Positions 53,734 through 64,000 of a stretch of DNA of 64,000 nucleotides are shown piece by piece. The first letter of the stretch is position 1. The number at the start of each line of letters is the position of its first letter. A program made the translations under genes and the position numbers. The stretch is from Eledone cirrhosa (Eukaryota), in the NCBI GenBank assembly GCA_964016885.1, contig OZ024754.1, positions 34,100,001 through 34,164,000 on the forward strand, written 5' to 3'. The notes beneath the pieces were generated by a model, which was not told the DNA's origin, made no database searches, and saw nothing but the letters and a program-made list of their open reading frames with translations.

Positions 53734-54152
53734 TAAAAAAATAATGAATAAAACAATGAAACAGTTCCTTATATTAAACAAAAAAAGTTCATTATTTAAC
53801 GATCGTTTCTAGGATATATATGTGTTAGAATTGGCATGCATATTCAACAGATCTATGTACAAAATTATACAAAATTATACAAACTATCAAAATTAAATAT
53901 ACATACCCAACACATATATATGCCGTCTTCAGAAATAATTATTTCTGAAGACGGCATATATATGTGTTGGGTATGTATATTTAATTTTGATAGTTTGTAT
54001 AATTTTGTATAATTTTGTACATAGATCTGTTGAATATGCATGCCAATTCTAACACATATATATCCTAGAAACGATCGTTAAATAATGAACTTTTTTTGTT
54101 TAATATAAGGAACTGTTTCATTGTTTTATTCATTATTTTTTTAATATTTTAT
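53725..54152. repeat. 428-bp perfect palindrome
   Basis: Centre AAATAA|TTATTT at 53938/53939; left arm abuts a (TA)n tract. Confidence 0.95.
53938..54086 (+). ncRNA. type I hammerhead motif with very long stem II (mirror copy on minus strand at 53791-53939)
   Basis: ATTATTT-CTGAAGA-CGGC-ATATATATGTGTT...AACACATATATAT-CCTA-GAAA-CGATCG-T-T-AAATAAT: 7-bp stem I, palindromic stem III ACGATCGT, GUU site. Confidence 0.75.
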
Positions 54153-54283
54153 CTTGACTCTGTATTCCGTTTATCTTTCACCGAAAGTGATTTTTCATTG
54201 CATCTCTTCTTTCCATGATATCCGGATTACATTGAGTTCTTCATACGGATTGGACACTACCGTAAACTCTTGGTAGATTTATC

Positions 54284-54320
<37 letters not shown>

Positions 54321-54342
54321 TTACATATATATATATACATGC

Positions 54343-54380
<38 letters not shown>

Positions 54381-54884
54381 TTACATATATATATATACAT
54401 ACACACACATTTATATGTACACATATATACATACATATATATAAGTATGTATATGTGTGTGTATATACTTGAATAAGTGCAATTCATAAAATATATATAT
54501 AAAAATAATGTCTTTATCTCTTTTTCTCGTCTCTCTTAAAGAGATTCTCATGGAAGAGACATGAGAAAAAAAGAATTGCAGAAGCAGCTAAATTGCATGA
54601 GAAACTGCCATTTTAATAATTGAAAGAAAATGGCTGTCGTCAGACATGGCCCATATCAATGGCTGAAATGAACAAACAGCACTTACCAGTCAGACAACAA
54701 TAGCACATGAAAGTAGCCTAACCCTTTTTATACTAACCCAGCCAAACCAGCTCTAGTTCTATGAAATAAAACCACACATTTTAAAGGTTTCCAATTTAAA
54801 TTAAAGTCTTCCAATATAATTTAAGTTACTATCTTAGTAATGAAATAATTAATAGTTTTAGTAAAAGCATATATATATATACAT

Positions 54885-55700
54885 GGGACAGAAAGTACAG
54901 TAGCCAGAGTCAGAACGGGATGGAAAAAGTTCAGAGAGCTTATACTACTATTGGCCGCTAAAGGTTTCTCTCTAAAAATGAAAGGCAGACTGTATGATGC
55001 CTGCATACGAACAGCTATGTTACATGGCAGTGAGACATGGGCATTGTGTGCAGAGGATCTGTGCAGACTGGAGAGGAACGAAACATGCATGCTCCGTTGG
55101 ATGTGTAATAGTAATATACGTGAACAGCAAAGCATAAATGAACTAAGTTAGAAATTAGGAATAAGAGGGATCGGATGCTGTTTACTCGAGAGAAGACTAT
55201 GTTGGTACGGTCACGTGATGCGCATGAAAGACGACAGCTCTCTAAGACAATGTCAGTGGACCGAGATCTTTGGCGCTATGCAGTAATACAGAAAACCCGC
55301 CTTGCCTAAGTGCAAAGCGAAGCCTACAGTCAGTAGGCACCTCTTAATCAAATATACACCCCGCTCCCACTACCCCAACTCCCCCACCCCCATCAACACC
55401 ACCCCTTTCTCTGTAAAGTTATGTTGGTACCACAACATCCAGTCCTAAATAAATGAGGTTGTGTAGGTGTCACGACAAAAAAACACACAGTCCACGCTGT
55501 AATGTCACCGTGTAGGTAACACGGTAAAAACCTTCCAGTCCACACTGTAAACGTGGTTGGTGTTAGGAAAGGCATCCAGACGTAGAAAACCTGCCAGACA
55601 GTCCCATACGAGAGAGACGACCAGTCTGGCCTCAAGTGGGACAATTCCCGTCTAAACCCATGCTAGCGTGGAAGATAGACATTAAACGATGATGATGATG

Positions 55701-55703
<3 letters not shown>
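54885..55703 (+). mobile_element. RTE family A 3' fragment with internal deletion
   Basis: Matches 30283 onward (ESTVARVRTGWKKFREL...AMLHGSETW), lacks about 30633-30737, has the 3' UTR and (GAT)n. Confidence 0.9.
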
Positions 55704-55789
<86 letters not shown>

Positions 55790-55793
<4 letters not shown>

Positions 55794-56164
55794 CACATGG
55801 CTTAGTGGTTAGAGCATTTGCTTTGCAATCGAAAGGTTGTGAGTTCAATTCTCAGACCGGGTGATGTGTTGTTTCCTTGAGCAAGACACTTTATTTCACA
55901 ATGCTCCAGTTTACTCAGCTGTAGAAATGAGATGATAGGACTGGGGTCCCTATCATTCCACTGTAAAGTGCTCGTGGAGGTGCCATGGCAAAAAAGCACC
56001 CAGCCCACACTGTAAAGTGGACGGGTAGGCGCCACGGAAAAAAGCACCCAGCACTCACTGTAAATGAGGTTGGTGTTAGGAAGGGCATCCAGCTGTAGAA
56101 ATCAAGCCAGAATCAGTTGCCGTCCCACCCTTGCAAACAGGGAAAAGATGATGATGATGATGAT
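55790..56164 (+). mobile_element. SINE family 1
   Basis: Full copy. Confidence 0.88.
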
Positions 56165-56168
56165 ATAC

Positions 56169-56217
<49 letters not shown>

Positions 56218-56397
56218 GATATATATATTTACATATACATATATATATTTACATATATATATACATATATACACAAATTTAAGATATCAAAACATATAAA
56301 GTTAAGTGAAAAGAGTACATAATACCGAAGTAAACTTTAAATATTTATTTTATTAAGGCTAAATAACTATTTTGCCTTAATGATATTCAGCATTCAG

Positions 56398-56656
56398 CAT
56401 TTTACGGCCGCTTTTTCCCTGCTTGCAAGGGTGGGACGGGAACTGATTCTGGCTTGATTTCTACAGCTGGATGCCCTTCCTAACCCCAACCTCATTTACA
56501 GTGAGTGCTGGGTGCTTTTTTGCCGTGGCACCTCCACGACCACTTTACAATGGAATGATAGGGACACCAGTCCCTATCATCTCATTTCTACAGCTGAGTA
56601 AACTGGAGCAATGTGAAATAAAGTGTCTTGCTCAAGGAAACAACACATCACCCGGA
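56398..56656 (-). mobile_element. SINE family 1, 5'-truncated
   Basis: Tail and body present, head absent. Confidence 0.8.
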
Positions 56657-56668
56657 TAGATATATATG

Positions 56669-56728
<60 letters not shown>

Positions 56729-57102
56729 ATAATATTAAACTTTAGGAAATAAACTATGGGCTTCACCCCTGCAGAAACTAAAGTTATTTAAAATTTGTAG
56801 TCATATATAATAATTTCAATAATATATAATTTATACATATATAATAAACCCATTATATAGGTGAGTGTTTGTGTATGTGCATTCATCCATATATAAATAT
56901 ATATATATATATATTTATTTATATCATCATCATTATATATATATATATATATATAAAATCATCATCATCATCATCATCATATATATATATAATCATCATC
57001 ATATATATACATATATATATAACGGCGATGAATTAGTGAGTGTGTTCTGTTATTATATCTGGCAATATTATTACACAAATATTACCCTCCCCAAGTCTAA
57101 CA

Positions 57103-57171
<69 letters not shown>

Positions 57172-57217
57172 TAGATAGATAAATATACATGGGTGTGTAT
57201 GATTGTGTATAGAAGAT

Positions 57218-57352
57218 TATATTAATAAGAGGAATTCCAACTTTGTCTGATTTACTCGTTTTATTTACAATCCTTTAAAATTTATAAAATTTTAAAGGAT
57301 TGTAAATAAAACGAGTAAATCAGACAAAGTTGGAATTCCTCTTATTAATATA
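57218..57352. repeat. 135-bp palindrome with 3-nt spacer
   Basis: TATATTAATAAGAGGAATTCC...TTTAAAATTT ata AAATTTTAAA...GGAATTCCTCTTATTAATATA. Confidence 0.92.
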
Positions 57353-57370
57353 TGATATATACATATACAT

Positions 57371-57414
<44 letters not shown>

Positions 57415-57875
57415 TCATCATTATATATAAACATATACCTTTCATGCTTACAGGGTCGATAAAATAAAGTACCAGTAATGCACTGGGTTTTTGCTGGCCC
57501 TGTGCCAAAAAATAGAAACAATTATATATATACATATATACATACATATATATATATATATATATGCATTCAAGTACCTACACACACACTCAGAAATAAA
57601 CATGCACACACAGGTATATATCTGTGCAAATCAAATTCTTTTTAAAAAAACTGAAGGGAAAAGAATTATAGAAGAGGTCACAGCATACTGAAATATGGTA
57701 GTGTGGTGGTGGTGGTGGGAGATAAGGGGGCTCCGGAGAGGGAGAGATAAGACTGTTGGAGTGATCCTTTGAATAAGCAAGCTATGGTTGAACAGTTGCT
57801 AAGCAACAGGTAGGTAGATAGGTAGGTAAGGTAAGGGTAAGGTAAGGTGATAGCTCAACATTTCTGAAGGCAAGA

Positions 57876-58365
57876 CTGCCTGACTGGCTATATATTGGTT
57901 GGTTGGCTGGCCAGCTGTAACAGGTTATAACTGGCTGGCTGGCTAAAAACTGGGTTTAACTGGCTGGCTGGCTAAAAGCTGGGTTTAACTGGCTGGCTTG
58001 CTGGCTAAAAACTGGGTTTAACTGGCTGGCTGGCTGGCTAAAAACTGGGTTTAACTGGCTGGCTGGCTGGGTATATCTGACTATACATTTATTGGCTGGC
58101 TGGCTGGCACTGGTTATAACTGGCTGGTTATAACTGGCTGGGTATACCTGACTATACATTTATTGGCTGGCTGGCTGGCTGGCTTAATCTGGGTATAACT
58201 GGCTGGCTGGCTGGCTATACCTGATTATACATTTATTGGTTGGCTGGTTCGCTATAACTGGTTATAGCTGGCTGGCTGACTGTACCTGGCAATAAATGGT
58301 TGGCTGCCTGTCTGGCTGTACCTGGCTATGGCTGGCTGCCTGGCCAAGCCACTTAACACCTGGCC
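57876..58365. repeat. (CTGG)n-based minisatellite
   Basis: Directly visible. Confidence 0.9.
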
Positions 58366-58376
58366 TTTATTTAACA

Positions 58377-58576
58377 NNNNNNNNNNNNNNNNNNNNNNNN
58401 NNNNNNNNNNNNNNNNNNNNNNNNNNNNNNNNNNNNNNNNNNNNNNNNNNNNNNNNNNNNNNNNNNNNNNNNNNNNNNNNNNNNNNNNNNNNNNNNNNNN
58501 NNNNNNNNNNNNNNNNNNNNNNNNNNNNNNNNNNNNNNNNNNNNNNNNNNNNNNNNNNNNNNNNNNNNNNNNNNNN
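58377..58576. other. assembly gap (200 N)
   Basis: Run of N. Confidence 1.
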
Positions 58577-59005
58577 CACTAGTAAAGGTACTATAAACAT
58601 TTCAATTAACAACCCTTTTTTTTATATTTTTTGAAAAATTATAACAAGAGGTTAAGAGATACTTCTGCAAATTTTCACAATGATCTGTCCACTAGTAAAG
58701 GTACTATAAACATTTCAATTAACAACCCTTTTTTTTATATTTTTTGAAAAATTATAACAAGAGGTTAAGAGATATTTCTGCATATTTTCACAATGATCTG
58801 TCCACTAGTAAAGGTACTATAAACATTTCAATTAACAACCCTTTTTTTTTAATATTTTTTGAAAATTATTACAAGAGGTTAAGAGATACTTCTGCAAATT
58901 TTCACAACAATCTGTCCACTAGTAAAGGTACTATAAACATTTCAATTAACAAACCTGTTTTTAGATATTTTCTGCTGAATCATTACAGGAGGTTAAGAGA
59001 TAATC
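58577..59005. repeat. tandem repeat (unit about 113 bp) related to 42139-42622
   Basis: CACTAGTAAAGGTACTATAAACATTTCAATTAACAA repeated four times; last unit contains AACAAACCTGTTTTTAGATATTTTCTGC. Confidence 0.85.
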
Positions 59006-59544
59006 CAGTCAATTTCCAATTGAATAAGAAAAAAAAACTTATTATAGAGAATCTAAAAACAACAACAGTGATTTTCAGTGGCCAGCTGTTCAGATTAACT
59101 TTAAGCTAACTAGTGGAAGTAAAAGTGTACTTTCTCAATTGTTCTGAATTTCTTTAGGCACTACTGATATATAAACAGACCACAATAGCAGGAAAAACAG
59201 ACAGAGTGATGATGATGATGATGATGATGATGATGGCGGTGAAGGTATTACGATGATAGAATTTAGGAGATAGAACTAAAAACTGCAGAAATCCGTTATA
59301 TATCTATGTTGCCAAATCGTCACCTTTATAATCACAAGAAGCTTCAAATATAGATTATAAAAACAATGATGTATACAGGACTATTGTTCCTCTCTCTGTA
59401 TATATGACGATCGATTCCAACCGTGACCATCCCCACTGAAAGTTTCGCGAAATAGTCTTTTTAAGACTATACAGAGAGCATTTGAAGTTTTTCCACATTG
59501 TAGGATGAGTATTTAGACTTTATTTTATTCTGAATTAATTTATT

Positions 59545-60000
59545 TTATTCTGAATGATGCCTGTGTGAGGAGCGCGATGCTGCATGGTAGTGAGACATGG
59601 GCAGCAACTGCAGAGGATGTGCGACGGCTGGAGAGAAATGAGGCAAGCATGCTCCGTTGGATGTGCAGTGTAAATGTGCGTGAACGACCCAGCATAAATG
59701 TGTTGAGAGAGAAACTGTGTCTGAGAGGGATAGAATGTAGTGTACGGGAGAGGAGACTGAGGTGGTATGGACATGTGATGCGCATAGAGGATGACCGATG
59801 GGTGAAGAAGTGCCAGGAATTGCCAGTTGAAGGAAGACGTGGTAGAGGTAGACCACGAAAAACATGGGCGGAGGTGGTGAGAACAGACCTCAGATCATTG
59901 AAGCTCACGGTGGAGATGACGAGGGACCGTGACGAGTGGAGAGATGCTGTGCTGAATAAGACCTGTCCCACCCTTGCAAGCAGGGAAAAGCGGACGTAAA

Positions 60001-60047
<47 letters not shown>
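59545..60047 (+). mobile_element. RTE LINE family B 3' fragment
   Basis: DACVRSAMLHGSETW...LRWYGHVMRIEDDRWVKKC...GRPRKTW...SREKRT* directly followed by (GAT)n. Confidence 0.92.
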
Positions 60048-60377
60048 AAGGCTCTATTGATTTTTCCCTGGATTTCACAAAATTCTGTGGATAAGTCAAT
60101 GTCTTGATTTTTTTTTAATTGAGTTTGAATTATTTTCCCACATCTTACGTTAACAATTTTTCCATTTTGACGTTATAGTCACTTATATATTATGAAATAC
60201 TGTTGGCTTCACGCTCACAATAATTTCTATACTTTCATTTATATATATATATATATATACACCATAGTAAAAGTTTGGTAGATATACCTAAGGGTAAGAG
60301 CACTCAGTCCATAAGATTGAATGAGTTGGGGTCCAGAATCCACAAAACTTAAGTACTTGTTTATGTCACCGTTGTAA

Positions 60378-60435
<58 letters not shown>

Positions 60436-60593
60436 ATATATATATATATAACCAAAAGTTTAACAAGGTTCATTGATTAATCAATGAATAAAGTTTTACA
60501 ATAGATTAGAAGCACACAACAGAGAGGTTTTCTGGAGTTATTAATATTACTTCAAAATATTAATAAATATAGACATTCATGTAATCAAATATA

Positions 60594-60655
60594 TTTTATT
60601 ATACATATTTCAGAGGTACTGAGCTATTTCATCAGTACGTCCTCATCAGATAAAA
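60594..60655 (-). ncRNA. type I hammerhead ribozyme motif
   Basis: Minus strand TTTTAT-CTGATGA-GGAC-GTACTGA(tgaaatagc)TCAGTAC-CTCT-GAAA-TATGTAT-A-ATAAAA. Confidence 0.78.
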
Positions 60656-60714
60656 TAAATTGATGTCTGGAATTGAACCATCAGCACAGTTGAGGTATGT
60701 CAGACATCAATTTA

Positions 60715-60776
60715 TTTCATCTGATGAGGACGTACTGATGAAATAGCTCAGTACCTCTGAAATATGTATAATAAAA
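60715..60776 (+). ncRNA. type I hammerhead ribozyme motif (mirror copy)
   Basis: Same as 60594-60655 with one stem I mismatch (TTTCAT). Confidence 0.72.
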
Positions 60777-61036
60777 TATATTTGATTACATGAATGTCTA
60801 TATTTATTAATATTTTGAAGTTATATATATATATATATATATGAAAAGATTCAGGACCCCAATGGCTGAGCTCCGGCCGTTTCGACAGCTAGATCCACTC
60901 TACTACCCCAAGTATTGAGTACTCTGGTGCGTTGGGGTCCACCTGGTATCTTACCACACCCTCTTTGCTATATAAATATATACATATATATTTATATATG
61001 TATATATATACACACACACACACACACAGAAATGAC

Positions 61037-61081
61037 TACTACAGGACTAGAGCTGTTTCATTCATATGAAATCATCTGGAT
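61037..61081 (-). ncRNA. hammerhead motif with one core mutation
   Basis: Minus strand CAGATGA-TTTCATATGAAT-GAAACAG(ctctagtc)CTGT-A; stem I decayed. Confidence 0.4.
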
Positions 61082-61217
61082 GTGTGCCTTTCTTAACTGC
61101 GGTTACCCCCAACACAGCTTGGGAATCTACATATTATATATACATATATATATATAGAAAGCGAGAATTTGGAGAAATTTAGTGACCAACAGAGATTCAA
61201 CACACACACACACACAC

Positions 61218-61253
<36 letters not shown>

Positions 61254-62663
61254 ACACAAATACAGACGTACATACACAATCAGACACACACATAAACAGA
61301 CACACACACATACAAAAACGTACACACACACACATTCAGACATATAGCTCTTGTTACAAACATATTCTATATAATCGCTGCAGCCAATCAGATTTGATCT
61401 TTACTGGAACTCCTCAAAGAAGCTTGTTCCGGTATTTCTAAAAATCCATTTGTTTGCATCGTAATGGCGTTAACTCTTCTAAAGTCACGCAGTTTACCTG
61501 CAATATTTTGAAAGCTGATAGAAGTGGAAAATATTGTTTTATTCTCTTTTGAATTATTTCATTTGCATAAAACCTTGTATGAATAATTACTGTATATATT
61601 TGAATATAAACGAAGGAATACGTGACCTAAAAATCGATGGTAAAAATTGAGGTTGGGAAGGGTTGTATACACCATCTAAACAATGTGTTGATTAGCTGCA
61701 TCGGTTCACAAATAGGGTTTGGATTTTTGCCCATTTCTCAGACATAAAATGGAAGGAAAGGGTCAGTTTATATTCAGATACAGTAGTTTGAAAATATAAA
61801 CAAAGAAAAACACACTTTCTACTTAGTGTGAAATATTTTATATGAGTGTATGTAAGCATCCATGTTTGTGTGTGTGTGTGGAAAAAATTGTTATAAACCA
61901 ATGTGCTTCAAATGAAAAGGAAGAGATAGAAACACAGTGTGTGGTCGCTTAAGTCTCTCTCGAGCTTGGTAACTCATCAGACCAGTGCTTATCCCGGTTT
62001 CCATGGCGTGAAATGACTGAGAGTACAAAACCAGCCCCAAGACAGGACACCAGTCCATGCAGGATTAAACACCCAGATATTGCTGATACTCATTTTCAAT
62101 TGAGTATACTGGAGCAACATGAAATGAAGTGTTTTCCAGGAATCGAACCCACGACATTATGATCAGAAGTTCAACACCTTAACCACTGGGCCACATGCCT
62201 CCACAGCATGGTAGCTTAGCCAATTTAAGAATAAATCAAGAAAATTCTTGATTTATTCTTAAATTGAGTCTGGCAAACCCTATTGTCCATAGTTAGTATT
62301 TTTTTCACCTTAGCGAATCTGGTCCCTTATGATTTGAACACATATATGTATATGTCAGTGTTTATCTCTCTTTTATATTCAATTATAATATACGGATCGG
62401 AAAAATCTCTTTCCTAGAGCTATTTTATTGTAAGAGACTATTTTGAGTTTCTAACTCAATATATACCTTTGATATATATATATATATATGTTTTGCAAGG
62501 GTTTTGATATGAAACAATGAGTGTAACAGTATGACCCTCCCCAAATATAACAATATATATATATATATATACAAATGTAACATCAAATATGTTAGAGTTA
62601 TGTGCTTCTCAATAAATTACCTCAATAGACAATATCCAGAGAACATTAAGTCAAAAGTAGAAG

Positions 62664-62736
<73 letters not shown>

Positions 62737-62837
62737 CATATATTCAAAGAAGACACAGTATATTGTACATATACTAAATACATATTACACAGAACAACAT
62801 GTACTCGAGTACATGTTCATTTATATATATATATATA

Positions 62838-63182
62838 TGGAGGCACATGGCTTAGTGGTTAGAGCATTGGCCTTGCAATCGAAAGGTTGTGAGTTCAATT
62901 CTCAGACCGGGTGATGTGTTGTTTCCTTGAGCAAGACACTTTATTTCACATTGCTCCAGTTTACTCAGCTGTAGAAATGAGATGATAGGGACTGGGGTTC
63001 ATATCATTCCACTGTAAAGTGGTCGTGGAGGTCCCACGGCAAAAAAAGCACCCAGCACTCACTGTAAATGAGGTTGGTGTTAGGAAGGGCATCCAGCTGT
63101 AGAAATCAAGCCAGAATCAGTTCCTGTCCCACCCTTGCAAGCAGGGAAAAAGCGGACGTAAATTGAAATGAATGATGATGAT
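62838..63182 (+). mobile_element. SINE family 1 with RTE-type tail
   Basis: tRNA-like head (TGGCTTAGTGG, GAGTTCAATTC), central TCCTTGAGCAAGACACTTT domain, tail GTCCCACCCTTGCAAGCAGGGAAAAAGCGGACGTAAA. Confidence 0.9.
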
Positions 63183-63699
63183 ATATATATATATATATAT
63201 ATCTTCTACTTTTGACTGTAAATATATATATATATATATCATCATCATCGTTTAAGGTCTATCTTCCACGCTAGCATGGGTTAGACAGGTTTGTCCCATT
63301 TGAAGCAAGTTTGGTCGGGTGACAGTGTCTCACTCATATAGAACTGTTTCTGGCTGGTTTTCTATGGTTGGATGCCCTTCCAAGCGCCAACCACATTTAC
63401 AGTGTGAGCTGGGAGCCTTTTTACTGTGTCTCCTACATGACCACTTTTGTAAAAATTCCAACTGTGGTACCAAGCGGTTTCGGCTTGTGTATTCAGCAAG
63501 CCTTTTCAAGTTGTATGATGGTTGTACTGGTGCCACAACAAAGAGCACCTCGTCCACTATGTAAGGTGCTTGGCATTATGAAGGCTAATAAGCAAGACAT
63601 TCACCTGACCCAACCTGACTGGCCCCATTATATAACAATCCATCTAATCTAACCCATGCAAACGATGGAAATATACATTAAACGAAGATGATAATGATA

Positions 63700-63835
63700 A
63701 TAATGATAATGAAATTATTGTGTACAGTGTTTAGGTGCACTACAACTCATCAAAGTTGCATGTATAGTACAATGTCAGGAAAGTGAACAGTGTATGAGTC
63801 ATGATATACATGTGTACGTGTGTATGGAGGTGGGA
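63700..63835 (-). mobile_element. CR1 3' UTR fragment
   Basis: Reverse complement of about 265-410. Confidence 0.7.
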
Positions 63836-63837
63836 TA

Positions 63838-63872
<35 letters not shown>

Positions 63873-64000
63873 AGCACGACCAGTACCAGTAACACCACCA
63901 CTAGCCCTAACACCACCATTGCCACTATCATACATCCACCAACAACAGCACAATTACCACCTTCACCCCACAACTATCACCAGCACTGCCACTACCACCA

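Larger units (their letters stand above)
60549..60821. repeat. inverted repeat, 121-bp arms with 31-bp spacer
   Basis: Arms 60549-60669 and 60701-60821; one mismatch seen. Confidence 0.93.

Noticed and set aside
58296-58634. ORFs spanning X runs
   Set aside because: Artefacts of the 200-N gap.
61380-61570. Promoter (GCCAATCAG, ATTTGCAT)
   Set aside because: Short motifs expected by chance; no linked gene start.

Overview
AT-rich, microsatellite-saturated animal DNA. The repeat content (tRNA-derived SINEs, RTE and CR1 LINE remnants, huge (TA)n/(CA)n tracts) suggests a cephalopod such as Octopus; this is inference only. Almost all ORFs in the track are simple-repeat artefacts. Supported content: a 5'-truncated, frameshifted RTE LINE with TSDs and a PHD-like zinc finger (28611-31163); many shorter RTE and CR1 3' ends; two SINE families, one sharing its tail with an RTE family; mariner-like and TTAA MITEs; several tandem arrays, one built from SINE Pol III heads; one candidate 55-nt host exon; and a 200-N gap. 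The main hidden signal is about 15 type I hammerhead-ribozyme motifs (CTGANGA...GAAA...NUH, minimal palindromic stem III) from several sequence families. They lie in short non-coding inserts, mostly in or beside (TA)n tracts. Several inserts are perfect or near-perfect 270-430 bp palindromes with a ribozyme on each strand. This fits Penelope-like/retrozyme-type mobile RNA remnants. All folds were read by eye, not computed.
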